Program-made: the position numbers and the translations under genes
The notes under the pieces: model-generated
The model's database searches: none
What the model was told of the DNA's origin: nothing
Seen by the model: only the letters and a program-made list of their open reading frames with translations
Origin: Octopus vulgaris
Lineage: Eukaryota
DNA: 64,000 bases
Direction of reading: 5' to 3'
Assembly: GCA_951406725.2 (NCBI GenBank)
Contig: OX597817.1
Location: forward strand, 53,444,001 to 53,508,000
Shown here: positions 63,671 to 64,000 of the stretch, piece after piece
Numbering within the stretch: position 1 is the first letter of the stretch
How the letters are laid out: each line of letters begins with the position of its first letter

Positions 63671-63962
63671 CTCTCTCTCTTACATGCCCTTTCACACTCT
63701 CTTACTCTCTCTCATACTCACTTTTTCACACTCTCACTCTCTCTGTCACTCTCTCACACACTCCCTCTCACATTTTCCCTCACACACTCCCTCTCTCTCA
63801 CGCTATCTCGCTCTCTCTCTCACACGCTCTCTTTCTCTTACATACTCTCTCTCTCTCTCTCATGCTCTCTGTCTCTCACACACACACTAACACTCTCTCA
63901 TACACACATTACATTTTCTCTATCTTACACGCACACACACATTCATGCTTTCTATCACACAC
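63578..63962. repeat. (CA)n/(CT)n low-complexity tract
   Basis: Directly visible. Confidence 0.92.
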
Positions 63963-64000
63963 CCTCCTCTCAACCTCAGATTACAGAAAGTTCTTGGCCA

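Noticed and set aside
51354-64000. Next expected LRCH exon (EL..L.L..LD.S.N-like)
   Set aside because: Not found by eye; it probably lies beyond the window.

Overview
AT-rich, repeat-dense eukaryotic DNA. The SINE repertoire and microsatellite load point to a coleoid cephalopod, most likely Octopus (inferred, not searched). The only host coding sequence I can support is three + strand exons (3424-3568, 38308-38437, 51248-51353). They splice in frame into a leucine-rich-repeat protein matching the N-terminal LRR block of the LRCH family, separated by introns of 34,739 and 12,810 bp; the gene continues beyond both window edges. Everything else is intronic: several tRNA-derived SINE families, piggyBac/hAT/mariner MITEs, Helitron and Helentron-type elements, decayed LINE fragments, a Penelope-like GIY-YIG remnant, hammerhead-ribozyme-like motifs, and long micro/minisatellites. 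Almost all ORFs in the supplied track are artefacts of simple repeats or SINEs. The most notable candidates are: a fixed-length ~205-bp retroposon with target-site duplications (TSDs) and no tRNA head; tRNA-head/hammerhead chimeras; a Penelope remnant with a U3:A8 hammerhead variant; a composite Helitron carrying a piggyBac 5' end; head-to-head inverted SINE pairs; and a possible 3-nt microexon. Repeat boundaries are by eye and approximate unless a TSD or terminal inverted repeat (TIR) is quoted. Family letters are my working labels.
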